Shown here: positions 1 to 11,818 of the stretch, piece after piece | Position numbering within the stretch: the first letter of the stretch is position 1 | How the letters are laid out: the number at the start of each line of letters is the position of its first letter | Assembly: GCF_009914755.1 (NCBI RefSeq) | Contig: NC_060929.1 | DNA from: the human T2T-CHM13v2.0 reference genome, Homo sapiens | Length of the DNA stretch: 64,000 bases | Direction: 5' to 3' (one strand) | Made by a program: the position numbers and the translations under genes | The notes under the pieces: generated by a model | What the model was told of the DNA's origin: nothing | Databases searched by the model: none | Seen by the model: only the letters and a program-made list of their open reading frames with translations

Positions 1-148
1 GCCTCAGCCTCCCAAGTAGTTGGGACTACAGGTGCATGCCACCACGCCCGGCTAAGTTTTTGTATTTTTAGTAGATAGGGGGTTTTTACCATATTAGCTA
101 GGGTGGTCTCGATCTCCTGACCTCATGATCCTCCCACCCTGGCCTCCA
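1..148 (-). mobile_element. Alu fragment (AluS/Y-like), cut by the window edge
   Basis: gcctcagcctcccaagtag..gggactacagg..tttttgtatttttagtaga..tctcgatctcctgacctc matches antisense Alu. Confidence 0.95.
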
Positions 149-149
149 T

Positions 150-500
150 ATGAGTTTTTGACCAGTGCCCTATTGATGGGCTTTTTGGCTGCTTTCTGTC
201 TTTTGCTATAATAAATAATGCTGCTTGCTGCAGCAAATGTCTCAGTAACCATATGCACCTGGGAGAGATTCCTAGAGGTGGAAATGCTGGTCAAAGTGTA
301 TATGCACATTTAAATTGGTTTGATTCTATCCTATTGCCCTGCCAGGAGACTGAGGTGATTTCCTCCCTCACCAACGAGGTACGAGTGGCTTGTTTCCTCA
401 TATCTTCACCTACACAAAGTGCTATCAGACTCGTGGATCTTTGCCAATCTGATAGATGACAAATGGTATCTCATTGTGGTTTTGTTTTGCATTGATTTGG
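150..500 (-). mobile_element. Old L1M-type LINE fragment
   Basis: ataaataatgctgc, tcctagaggtggaaatgctgg and aaatggtatctcattgtggttttgttttgcatt resemble antisense L1 ORF2 end / 3' region. Confidence 0.7.
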
Positions 501-3500
501 TTGTGTGTGGCTCGGTGCAGCTTGCGTGGTGAACACATGTGCCGTCCCCGAGGCGGGTTCAGAAGGAGTGCTGTGTGACTGGCTTGCAAGGCAGGTCGGC
601 ACTCTCCAGAGGGCTCTCACCAGTACACATGCACTCAGTGACATGTGCTGAGCGACAGGAAGGGGCAAGGAGACCAAAGGCTGGGTGAGGAGAAGCTACT
701 GCCTGGAGTGCTGGGGAGGACGTGGCTGTGATTTCACTTGTCCATGGTGACAGAGAAACAGAGTAGCCCCCAGACCAAGGGAAGAAAGTGAGGCAGCCTT
801 CTCCCTGCCGTGCCTGGAGGGGAGTCCCACCTGCAGCCAGGGGGATAGATGCTGCATTGTGTCTCAGAGCGTTCTCACCCTTGGGACTCCAGCTAGGGCA
901 GCTGCTTGTGGAACACGACTCCTTTCTGAGTTGTTGGGCTCCAGGCCTGGGCATCCTCGCAGCCCACAGCGTTCTGTGCTGCAGTGCCTACAGGGTGGTA
1001 CACCTCCTTGGTGTCAGCCCGATGTATGGACCTGCTCTCCCTGTTCCTGGCCTAGTGAGCCATCTCATTAAGAGCTGTCTGTTCTCTATGCTCTGCCTCC
1101 TTCCCTTTGTTCCCCATGCCCCAGTGCAAGGGCAGCCCCTCAGCACATCACCCGAGGCTCCTCTCTGACCTCCCTGGCTGCAGTCTCCCCCCAGCTCATC
1201 CTTCTTAACCACTACAGCTGCCTTGGCTAATTCCTTGCCCCTTCATGGCAGTTCTGGGTATTGCCCCTCCTGCCTAGCAGGAGAACAAAGGCCAGTAATG
1301 GTCACTTCTGTGAGTGGCCCCTGCCTCCTGCTCTGGTCTCCAAATCCAGTCTCCCTCCATATCTACCTACTCACCCTCCCCCAGACAGACTCTGTGCCTT
1401 TTGGCCTCTGTGGCCTTTGTTCAAGCTACTCACCTAGACTGGGATCTTTCTCCTCTCTCATTTTCCTCTCCACTGGAGACTGAGGTCACGGGCTCTGTGA
1501 CGGAGCCATTCTCCAGTGACAGATTTGCTCTCTGCCCAGGGATTGCTCTGGGATCAGTGTCCACAGTTCCTGGAACTAGTAGAGGTGGTGGTTGTTGCAG
1601 CAATAATGGCCAATGTGTGTGGTGAGTGGCAGCGGTGAGACTCAGTAATGGGTCTGCCTGAGCACTGGTGCTTTTGGATGCTGGAGATCCAACCTCCCTC
1701 TGGAGCAAGGGTTGCCTCCCTACCTCACTCATCAGCTTTGTATGTCTTGCCTGCTGTTGCGGCCACAGCTCTTGGCATATACCCAGCACATGTGTGCACT
1801 CAGTAACTGGTGAGTGAATGGACAAGGGGATGATGAGAGCATCGAAGGTTCTGAGCAGGAGAGTGACAGATCAGAGAGAGTCACTGGTCCTGGGTGAGGA
1901 GGAACTAGAAATGAGGAATCCATTTCAAAGGCAGTGAGAGAGTCTGAGGGGAGGAGGGCCTGGGTCAGGGAGGACAGTGGGGGTAGGAAGGAGGGGCCCA
2001 CTCCACCTGATGCCTCCCGGGCCTCTCTGTCCAAGTGCCAGGCACAGTTCTGTCCCAGGCTGGGCCTTCCTGAAGGCAGGGCTGCTGCTTCCCATTGGTG
2101 TGTCCTTCTGTAAAGCAGCTCACACAGGCTAGCAGACAGCAGGTGCTCAGGGGATGCTGGCCCAGAGCTGACCTGGGCCGTGACTCCTGTTGAGAACTGG
2201 GTGGAAAGGCATTCCCAGTGGGCACTCTGTCATCCTTCCCTCTCTTCAATCACAGGTGAGAGCCAGATAGAGAAAGACAGAGATGGTGGCTCTGTGGTTT
2301 GGATGCTCCTCCCATATGGTGGACATGGAAAGTTGTTTAGTCTGTCTAATATGATGATGATGCCGATTACCATGAGCATCACTGAAGGTACTGTGTGTAC
2401 AGAGCCTAGCCTGCAGTCTGGGTGTGGGGAGTGCTTAGCTAATAGAAGCTTTGTGATGGTGATGGTAGAAGTCATGCTGACAAAGGACAAATCAGAGTGA
2501 GGACAAGGCTCTGGATCAGCCCCCAGAGCACCTGCTCTGCCCAGCCCCTTTGGGGTTGCTGTGTGACCTCCAGCACCCAGCCATATTAGCAAAAGGCCTG
2601 CTGTGCTGCAGCTCTCTGTGACCTCTCCGTGGACAGGGTTGGCAAGACATGGTCAGATGATTCTTCTTGTGCCCTCCTGGCCTATCCAAATGGGCAACCA
2701 TGTCACTGACTTACCTGCCCCTCCAGACATTGACCCAGTCCCCAGCTGCTCTGGCTATTGGTGGACAGGCCGGCCTGAGGCTGGCATGTGGAAGGGAAGA
2801 TTGCTCTTGGCCTAAGCTGGTGCCTTGAGTGTTAAGACATTCTTGGGACCTGGTGTTTGGCCAGGACTCGCACTCAGGCCCATGGGGCTGATGTCATCGA
2901 GTGTGAGTCCTGACACTAGGCATGGGGTGATGAGCGGGAAGGAAGGTCTTGAGAAGCCAGGCAGCCATTGTTGCCTGGCTTATCTGGATTAGGCCCTTCG
3001 TGTGGAGGGAAGAAAGGAATCTGCCTTGTCACAACTGGGCACCAGGCTAGAAACACAGTTGGTGTTCCTGGCAATCCCCGGCACTCTCCAAAGCTTATTT
3101 GTTGCTTTTCCGAGACACGTCCAGGTGCTCTCTGTTATGATAACCAGTGGTGACACAGAGTTAGCTTGAAATGGGATAAACAAACAGACTAAAAATAACT
3201 GGATTTGGGGTGGCTTGGCACCAAATCTAGCGTGCAGGCTGTCACTGCTCAGCCAAAGGGTGAATATAGGCATCAAAGGCCTCCCACCCCTGGAGCCATG
3301 GGGGGAGCTGGGGTTGGGAGTGGCTGAGCCCCTTTTCTCTGGGCCCCACTTCCCACCACCCATGCAGCTATGAGGATGGAGGTGCCAGATGGTGCCTGGA
3401 GCCCGGAGGAGGGGTGTGGTGGGCCCGGATGTGAGCGAGGCATTTTATGTCTGTTTGGAGGAAGCTGGGCCAATGTTTGGACATCTTTATGGTTTTGGAA

Positions 3501-4129
3501 GTTTCTTGGCCTCACCCAGAGAAGCCATGGTTGCATCAGAATTTGAGGTCCTTTCCTCATGGCCCCAGAGGGAGAGAAGAGCAAAGAGAGCAAGTCAGCG
3601 CCTTTGAGGAAGGATGGGGAAATGGGACAGCTTTCTAATCCCAGGCTGCTGCTTTGTGGCACCTTGTGCCTCATGAAAGAATTGAGATGGTGTGTTTGGA
3701 GGCCAATCCAGGCAAGGGGGAGAGGCTGGAGGACACGAATCTAATATGTGTAGAACTTCCAAGGTAGGGCATTCATGATTGGGTATGCATCACAGCAAAA
3801 GACCTGGTCAAAGGCCATGCTCACAGTGGGGAAGAACGGGGAGATACGCTTGGTGTGCGGCTCCACTTACACTCCCATTTCCAAACTGAGTCTTGGCTTC
3901 CATCAGAGGCATCAGCACCTGTCATGATCAGGGTGTTCTTTCAGATCATAGGCCTGCCTCCCCATTGACTCCAAGAGCCCATTCAACCAACAAATGTTCT
4001 GCCTACCAAATGTCTTGGTTTCCTCCTGGCCATGTGGTAGGATTCTCCTTCTCTGTCACCTTGATGTTAAGTGTGGCCATGTGACTGGTGTGGGCCAACA
4101 CAGCATGAACAGATACGTGTCACTTCCAC

Positions 4130-4520
4130 TCAGGTCTGAGCTCAGCATCACCTCTCAGAGAGCCTGGTCCTGACCACCCAGTATAAAGCGCTCCCACTCT
4201 CATGTCACGTGGTCGCGTTCCCATATTTTGCCTTCATAGCACTGGTGTGTGCGCTTGTTTACTGTCTGTCTCCCCTCTAGACACTCAGCTCTGTGACAGC
4301 CAGGACCCCAGTCACCAGGTTCAAAGCCGCACAGGTAGTGTGTCCAGCAGCGCTGCCCAGTGATGGGAGACCCGTAAGCACTTGATGATTACTTGGATTG
4401 GAAGGTGTGAGGATGCAGAGAGATTTTATCGCAGTGACGTAAGGGTGGAAACTTTAAAACATACTTGTTCGGTGCTGACAATGGAGTAGGAACTTAATAA
4501 ATACTTGTTGAGTGAATGAG
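4130..4520. mobile_element. Degraded L2 fragment(s)
   Basis: catcacctctcagagagcctggtcctgaccaccc..tttactgtctgtctcccctctaga..ttaataaatacttgttgagtgaatga is L2 3'-end like. Confidence 0.55.
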
Positions 4521-4814
4521 CTCTGGCAGGGAGGGGGTGATGCCAATTTAGAACGTGGGAGAAGATCACATGCTGCCCATAGGCAGGAGCTGCGGTGCCC
4601 CTGCTTTCTCTCTGCCACCAGCTAGCTCTGTAAGTGCAAGGACCAGAAAAGCTACCGTGACTAGGGTGGTGACTGGGACTATCCCCTCCACCCCATCTCA
4701 ATTTAGCTGGCACGAGGGACCAGAGAGCTGACAGAGGAGGTATGACAGGCTGGACAAGCCTCCCAGGCTGTGAAGCAGGGCCCTGTGACAGTTCTGGTGG
4801 GTGAGAGAGATTGA

Positions 4815-4870
4815 GTGTGTGTGTGTGTGTGTGTGAGTGAATGAATGAAGGAGCAAGTGAATGAATGAAT
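4815..4870. repeat. (GT)10 microsatellite followed by (GAAT)n
   Basis: gtgtgtgtgtgtgtgtgtgt then gaatgaatgaa directly visible. Confidence 0.9.
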
Positions 4871-6475
4871 GCTGGCCACCACCACAGCTAGTAAGCTTCA
4901 CCCCTGGAGGACCCCTGGCTGATCAGGAGCCTTGGAGAAGGGTTAGGGGCCCGGAGCAGTGACTCAGTGGTGCAGAGGTGTGGTGAGCAGGAGGAGGGAC
5001 AGGGGATCCCAGGCCTGTCCCTGCCCAGCCCCGATCTTGGTTCTCAGAGTCCCCCCACAGCCCTGGGCCTGGCTGCATACCTGCTCTTCCCTTTGCCACG
5101 TGGTGACTTGTTCCTCTCACTCAGGTCCACCCCCAATGTGGCTGCCTCTGTGAAGCCACCTTTGACCCCTGGGAGTCGGTGGCTCCCTCCTCTGCTCCCG
5201 CAGGGGTTGGTCACTGTATGTGGGAGTGCTTATCTCGCCAACCTGTGTTACCTCCTCACTCATGTCCTCCCCGCCAGACAGTTGGGGCAGGGCCCTTATC
5301 TGTCTTCCCTCTGTCTCCTCACTCACCGCCCGACACGTGGCCCCTACCCTGTCAATGATTATGGAGCGATAAGGGACACGGCATCTTCAGGGAACTGAAG
5401 GGCTCTCGGCTGGAAGAGGAAACTGCAGACTGTGTGGCCTCAGGGGCAGGACGCAGGCTGCCTCACGGAAGCTCTATGCAGACCGATGCCAGCTCACGGG
5501 GAGGAGGAACCTCTGCCTATCAGAGTGTCCATCCATAGGGCTGGCCACCTTGGGGCCACCTCCCATCTCTCCTCTGTCAGCTCTCTGGTCCCTCGTTCCA
5601 GCTAACACACCTCCCATCTCTGGGGGTGTGTTAGCAGGGGTGGCTTGACCCCAGCCGTTCCATTCCAGAAACAAAGGGCAGGTGTAGGTTTTTCCAGTTA
5701 GTTGTTAGAGTTTTTTTGGGACCCTGCAGACTGGCGTCTAGAGCAGCTGTGACCTGAGGTGGCTGCCAAAGGGCTCCAGGTGTTTGCCAGATGATAGGGG
5801 TGTGGTCTGAGGGTCCAGCCCTGATGGGTGCCTGTGCCCTGACACACGAGGCCTCACCTCATTGAAAATTGGGGCTAGGCAGCTTTGTCAAACTGCCCAG
5901 AGCACTGGAGATTGGAGAGGAAGGGTGCCCAACCCACACAGGGTGTGACAGTGCTTGTTCTCTGTCCTCTGCAGCAGGTTGGGCAACCTGGGCAGGGCCA
6001 TGCCATGCCATGTCGTGGCCCTGCACCCTTTAGAAGATCCACTCTCCCGTGCCCTGGTGGGGTTTCCTCAGGGAAGTGGCCACCCTATTCTCCCCACTGA
6101 GCTGGGGGTCCCCCTGGCAAATGGATGACCAGCTGCAGTCCTGCCCCGGCTCTGGGTTTCTGAGTGGTCACTAGGGCAGGAGAGGAAGAGTGTCCCAACA
6201 CAGCAGGCGGCTGGCACAGGATAGTATCCCTGTGGCTCAGTGCCACCACACGTCCCATGCCCCAGGCTCTGTGAAGGCTGCTGCGCTTGACTCTTGGGAC
6301 TCAGTTCTGCTGTGGCTTCAGGACAGGCTTCTCCCATCTTGCTGTGCTGCTGTACTGTTGTCCCCTGCCTGATTCACTCTGGGTTAACTGTTGGGTGGCT
6401 GCATCCTGACCTGCTACACCCAGCTCAGCCCTTGTCAGCATTGTCAGGCTGGGGCCAGCATTGTTGGTGGCCCCC

Positions 6476-6629
6476 AAATTCCTGCAAAGCCTTTCCATCT
6501 CAACATGCCATGTGCAATGGAATGCTGCTTGCACATGGCCCTTACACGTGCCAGGGTCTACCCACACGCACTGCGACCAGGTGATGCCTGCACCTGCCTG
6601 ACCTGTGTATGCATGGGGTGCCAATCCCA
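6476..6629 (+). repeat. Left arm of ~155-bp inverted duplication (partner 8214-8371)
   Basis: aaattcctgcaaagcctttccatctcaac...gcatggggtgccaatccca is the reverse complement of 8214-8371 with 11 substitutions and one 4-bp indel (manual alignment). Confidence 0.97.
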
Positions 6630-7929
6630 CCTTTAACCCCCTCCCACCAGCCTAGACACCCCTGCCTCCTAAATATGCTCCTTTCTTTCCACCTGTGCAC
6701 CTTTTACGCTCTCTCCTGGCCTGTTCACAGGTAACTCTTGCTGTGCATGACTTCCTCTGGCAGAGCGACCCTGTGATGTTGATCTAGGATGTCTGCCAAA
6801 TGAAGGCACAATCGCCATCTTCCCTCCACTGACAGCAGGAGCAGTGCTGCTTTGTCCCCAGGCCCGTCATGCTGCTCAGCCCATGGCCAGACATGGAGTG
6901 GAGGGCCAGTCTGTCCACTCAGGGTCAGATGGACCTGCCTGATGCTGCAGGAGATGAGGTACAGATGGGCCGAAGCATCTCTCTTGGGACACACTGCACA
7001 CTGGTGTGGCTCCTTGGTGACCTTGCTCTACCTCTGTTGCATCAGCTGCTGCATGGGGTTAGTGGGTCTGGCTCACTGCCCTGATTGCCGGGGTGTGGTG
7101 AGCTGGAGGAACGTCAGAGCTGGCTATTGAGGTGGATGACACGGTCTTGGCAGAGCGGGAAATGGGTGGGAGGGGGGTGGCGCTCGACTCAACAAGAAAG
7201 ATGGGCCAGAAGTAATCGAGATTATTGAAAGGGGAGCCAGAAGGGACTTGGCACTGCGACCAGCATATGACGTGGCATGAGTCTCTTGCCCTATCTGGAT
7301 ATTACAGTTGTTCTGGACAAAATGTGGCTTCCTTCCTCGGACCCTGCATCTGGGGTAGGTCTGTTTTGGGGGCTGAGCTGGGTCACACTTGCAGCACCAC
7401 CTGATTCAAGCTCAGCTCCTTCACTTGTGCAGAGCACCTGCTGTGTGCTGGTCATTGAGCAGGACAGGCATGGGCCTGGCCCTTACAGATCACCAGGGAA
7501 GGGACTGGGGATCCTACAGACTCGCCCTGAGCGGAGGCAGGAGGACTTGGTGGCAGTGGTAGAGGTGGGAGGAGTATAATCTACCTCTGGGATAAGCCCC
7601 CCAGAAATCATTCCAGATAATGAAGTGGCAGCAGCAAAGCTCTAGGCATGCCATCAGCTCCCATGAGGCATCCCGAGTTTTTGGGTCTTGCAGGCACCTC
7701 ACAATTCAGTAAGCCTAGTTGTGCTGTGATGCAGGATGGCACCTCATCTACACCATAATAGTACACTATTATAGTAGATATCTGTTCTAGCCATACTGTG
7801 CTCACATGCATAAACTCATATGACCCTAATCCTCACTCTGGAGTAGCACCCCTCCCCCCTCCCCCGCCCACAACACTACTTTGGCCCTGGTCTCATTGTC
7901 TTCATTATCTCAGATTTAAGTTCATTCAT

Positions 7930-8225
7930 TCTTTCCATGTTTTGTGTGTGTTTCCTCCCTCTAGGATGGAAGCACTGTGGTGGCATGGATCTTGACAATC
8001 AGTGTGGTATCTCCTGTGTGCAGAACATGCATGGCACAGGGTAGGAACTCACCAGGTGTTTGTTCAATAATTGAATGAATGAATAAAATGCAAGTTGGAC
8101 TTTTGTAACAGTCTGGTGAATTAAGTGCTTCTGTTATCCCATGTTCCAGAGCAGGAAAATAGGGCTCAGTGAGATGAAGTGATGGGCTCATGTTAGCTGG
8201 TAGGTCCCAGGGCTGGGATTGGCAC
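7930..8225. mobile_element. L2 3'-end relic plus MIR relic
   Basis: ggcacagggtaggaactcacc..ttgaatgaatgaataaa (L2); aggaaaatagggctcagtgagatgaagtga..ggctgggatt (MIR core). Confidence 0.55.
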
Positions 8226-8371
8226 CCCATGCATACATAGGTCAGGTGGGTGCAGGTATCACCTGGTCGCAGCGCGTGTGGGTAGACCCTGGCACGTGTA
8301 AGGGCCGTGTGCGAGCAGCACTCATTTTGTTGCACGTGGCATGTTGAGATGGAAAGGCTTTGCAGGAATTT
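8214..8371 (-). repeat. Right arm of ~155-bp inverted duplication (partner 6476-6629)
   Basis: tgggattggcaccccatgc...gttgagatggaaaggctttgcaggaattt; the ORF track shows the same peptide (ALTRARVYPHALRPGD) on opposite strands. Confidence 0.97.
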
Positions 8372-9569
8372 TGCTTTATAGGCACACAAAGGCCTTTATT
8401 ACCCATAATGTGGACATGGGTCCAAAGATGATTCAATTCTGCTTTCTACCAAGGGGTTTGTCAGAGGCCCCTGTGGAGGCTGGAGCTCCGGGCCCTGCTC
8501 TGAGGAGGCTTGACCCCAGAGAGGAAGAAGAACTGGCTGCCGTCAGGGCCTGGGGTAGCTTGGGATAGGGCAGGATGGGGTGGCAGCGTCCCTGGAGTGA
8601 AATGCAGGTTTAAGCAGCCTCAGTGGGAAATGTGACGTTATGTAGCTCATTAAACCCTACAGAAGCAGGGAGGAGAGCTGCTTCTAATTATCAGGATGAA
8701 AATTAATGGAATAAAATCTCTAGCCAGGCTGCCCAGTGGTGGAGTAGGCAGGGATTTTCCGTGGCCGGGAGATGTTTGGGGCAGTCATACTGGAAGGAAG
8801 GGAGAAAGCCCCTAACTGTTTGCAAATGAGGGGCTGGGGCTCCAGAAGGGGTCCTTGCTAATTCTCACAGCATTTCCCCCTTGACTCAGAATTAGGAGGG
8901 AATGAGCCTGAGTGGGAAGCTGGACAAGGCTTGGTTTGCAGAGACTTGAGTCAGGAGATGGCTGCTCTGGTGTCCTCGCCAGCCTCAGGGCTGGAGGGGA
9001 CATTGGATTTGTCATCCTGCAGAGGTGGATGTGAGCCTTTCAGTTCCTTGAGGCTGCCAGTGAGCTTCAGACCTGGGGAAAAGCTGAGATGGAACTTGAG
9101 GGGCTTTTGAGCATTTGCCTGAAAATCTTGCCCTCAGGTGATTCAGAGAAGCTCAGGTGCTGTGTCTGTAAATGGGCAGCCCAAACTTGCCTTGATTCCT
9201 GTTTTTTCCATAGGTCCTGAGGACAGGTGGGGTACCTTGGTTGTGCAGATCATAGTGATTGTTTTACCAACCTTCTAGCATTACTACTCCTGATAAGGGT
9301 GGCACAGGCCTGGAGCTGAGAGCCGCGGGCTGAATCCTGGCCCTCTAGGTGAATCAGAGCCTGTTGCTTAAATGAAGGAGCAGGTCTGGTTCGTGTCTGC
9401 CCTCCTCCCAGCTCAGCCATGCACTGCAGGTCTCATGTTGGAAAATATTGCTCAAATGCTGCCTGGCACCATCTGGCACCATCCAGAGCTCAAGAGAGTG
9501 GATCATTTGGCCAGGCAGGAAGTCTGCTCTCAGATGATCTGACCTGGATTAGGATAGTAAATACTCAAT

Positions 9570-9740
9570 ACATGTTAATTATTGATAACAACCTAAGAGA
9601 TGGATACTATATTATCTCTATCTTATTGATAAAGAAAGTCAGGCTCAGAGAGGTGAGGTGACTTGCCCAAAGACATATAGCCTAGAGGCAGTGTACTGTA
9701 ACTCAGCAGTGTGACTCACTTCCAAGCCCAAGTACCGCAT
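9570..9740 (-). mobile_element. MIR
   Basis: gataaagaaagtcaggctcagagaggtgaggtgacttgcccaaagac matches the MIR core. Confidence 0.75.
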
Positions 9741-11637
9741 TCTGTTGCCTTCTTGATGGGTGAAGCAGCCATCTGAGCCTAGAGTTCCTTTTAGGACCCT
9801 CAAGCTTTCCTTGCAGCATATCTGGACTTCTCCCATCATTGTCAGGAGATGGAGAGGATAGCTTCATTTGGCCAGTGAAGAAACTAAAAGGCTGAGTGGC
9901 TTGTAGGGCTCACATTGTGCATGAATTGGCACTTGTCTATAGAAAATGGTGCCAGGACAATGGGTGTATTTTGGTTGAAGTAGTTGGAGCCCTTGGATGC
10001 TAGTGGTTCATTACAGGGGCCATTTCTGAGTTCCCTTGGTCTTGGGAAACTGGTTTTCCTGTGCCTGGAACCCAAGAAGACATCTGTGGTTCCCTGGGCT
10101 AGGAGCTCCCTTGGTGGAGGCTGCCTCATGGATGGGCCACCCATGGTGTTGGGTGGCAGGGTCTCATGGGTCAATGCACACAGCCCAGGACAGAGTGAAC
10201 AGTGGGATGTGCAGGGCTCGACTGGCCAAGCTGAACTGTTTTCTTGGGTTGTGTTATATTTATTTCCACTAATCTACTCCTCTTGCCTGTTTATACAACA
10301 CAGAGATCTAATAACATGTATCTGAGGCCAGAGTAAATGAGGAACTTTTTGCAAAGAAGCATAAAAGGAAAGAGATCTTGGAATACCTAGCTAATCTCAG
10401 TTGCTGTCTCTGCTCTGAAGCCCTGCCTTTGAAAGCTCTATTTCTCCTCCCATCCTCTGCGAAAGCCAGATGAGACTTCTTGACATTAAGCAAATGCTGG
10501 TATACTGACTTTGGTGTGGGGTTTGTACATGTGCCTGTTGAGAGCTGGATCCTTCCCGTGGGTGGATGCTGGCATGGTGGCTCTTCCATCTAAGGATCCA
10601 TCTGGAAAAGTGGCCGATTTCATCACTTACGTGCCAGGACCTCAGATGCCGAGGCAGGGGAATGCTGCAATCTAAACATTTACATTCTAAAAAATGGGAA
10701 ATCATCTGCTTCGATATAAATTAGCCAGGGCCTGACGGGTTTATTACATCCTGGAATGCTTTCATGAGGCTTTCAGAGGGGTCCATGGTGCAGGCGCAGG
10801 TCTCCAGCTGGGATTGCCTGTGGCATGCTCCTGGGGGGACCCACTTGGAAAACACAGGCAGGGGGCCAACTCTTCCTCAACTTCCCATGGGCTTGTAATG
10901 GATTAGAGTGTGAAATGGGAACAAGGACATACAATGCGGGACCCTAGGACAGTGAAGCACCCTGAATGACGAGCTTCTTGAAGCTGATGGGGAGAGGTCG
11001 GTCAGGGAAGAGAGGTGGGAGGAGCCAGGTGCACAGGCCCAATCAGAGGCTGTGGATGGAAAGTGGAACAGGAGAAATATGCTCTGGGATTTCACAATAA
11101 CAGGGTATGTGATATGACTCATTGAGTGGGAAGAGGGCAAAGGAGTGTAGCAAGAAATGTTGAGGAGGGAAGAGTCGTACATCCTCTGGAGGAGTTTTCA
11201 GACAAGACTTGGTGTGAGCCCCTGGGGTCAGGGGCTGGATTTGAACTCTGCTGGGTCCCCTAGAGTGGACCGAGCCACCCTCTCTGCAAAGTCCCTAGGA
11301 CTGGGCCGATGTTCCAAGGAAAGCTGAGTCCTACGCTCAGGAAGTTTGAGATCTCAGTGAATAGGTAGGAAAAATACACAAACATAAACATACATGCCTA
11401 ACTGTAACAAGTTGTGAACTCATTTATTTTCCCTCCCTTTGTCGTATCTTATATGCACTCACATTTTTCTGTAGGTTTACACAGATATATGTAGAACAGA
11501 TGCTGAATAACTGATTTTGGAGGAATTTGATTTGATGCTAATGATGAGTGATCTGGGATATCAGCTATTTTTCACTTGTTTGGAGCAAGAACCCTGCTTT
11601 GCACAAGGGGTATTATTTTGGTTGATTTTATTCAGAG

Positions 11638-11818
11638 CAGTGGTTTTCAAACTAGCATGCCTTAGAACCACCTGCAGGGCCTGTTAAAGAAGATCACTGG
11701 CCCCCACCCACCCTTGGAGTTTCTGCTTCATTAGGTCTCGGGTGGGTCCTGAAAATTTGCATTTCTAACAAGTCCCAGGTGACTCTGTGTTCCAGGGATC
11801 GCACTTGGAGGACAACTG
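11638..11818. mobile_element. MER5A (hAT-Charlie MITE)
   Basis: cagtggttttcaaact..agaaccacctg..aaaatttgcatttctaacaagtcccaggtga..cacttggaggacaactg. Confidence 0.85.

Noticed and set aside
6476-8371. Reading the inverted arms as TIRs of a 1.9-kb DNA transposon
   Set aside because: No TSD, no transposase remnant, and the spacer contains far older L2/MIR relics than the arm divergence allows.
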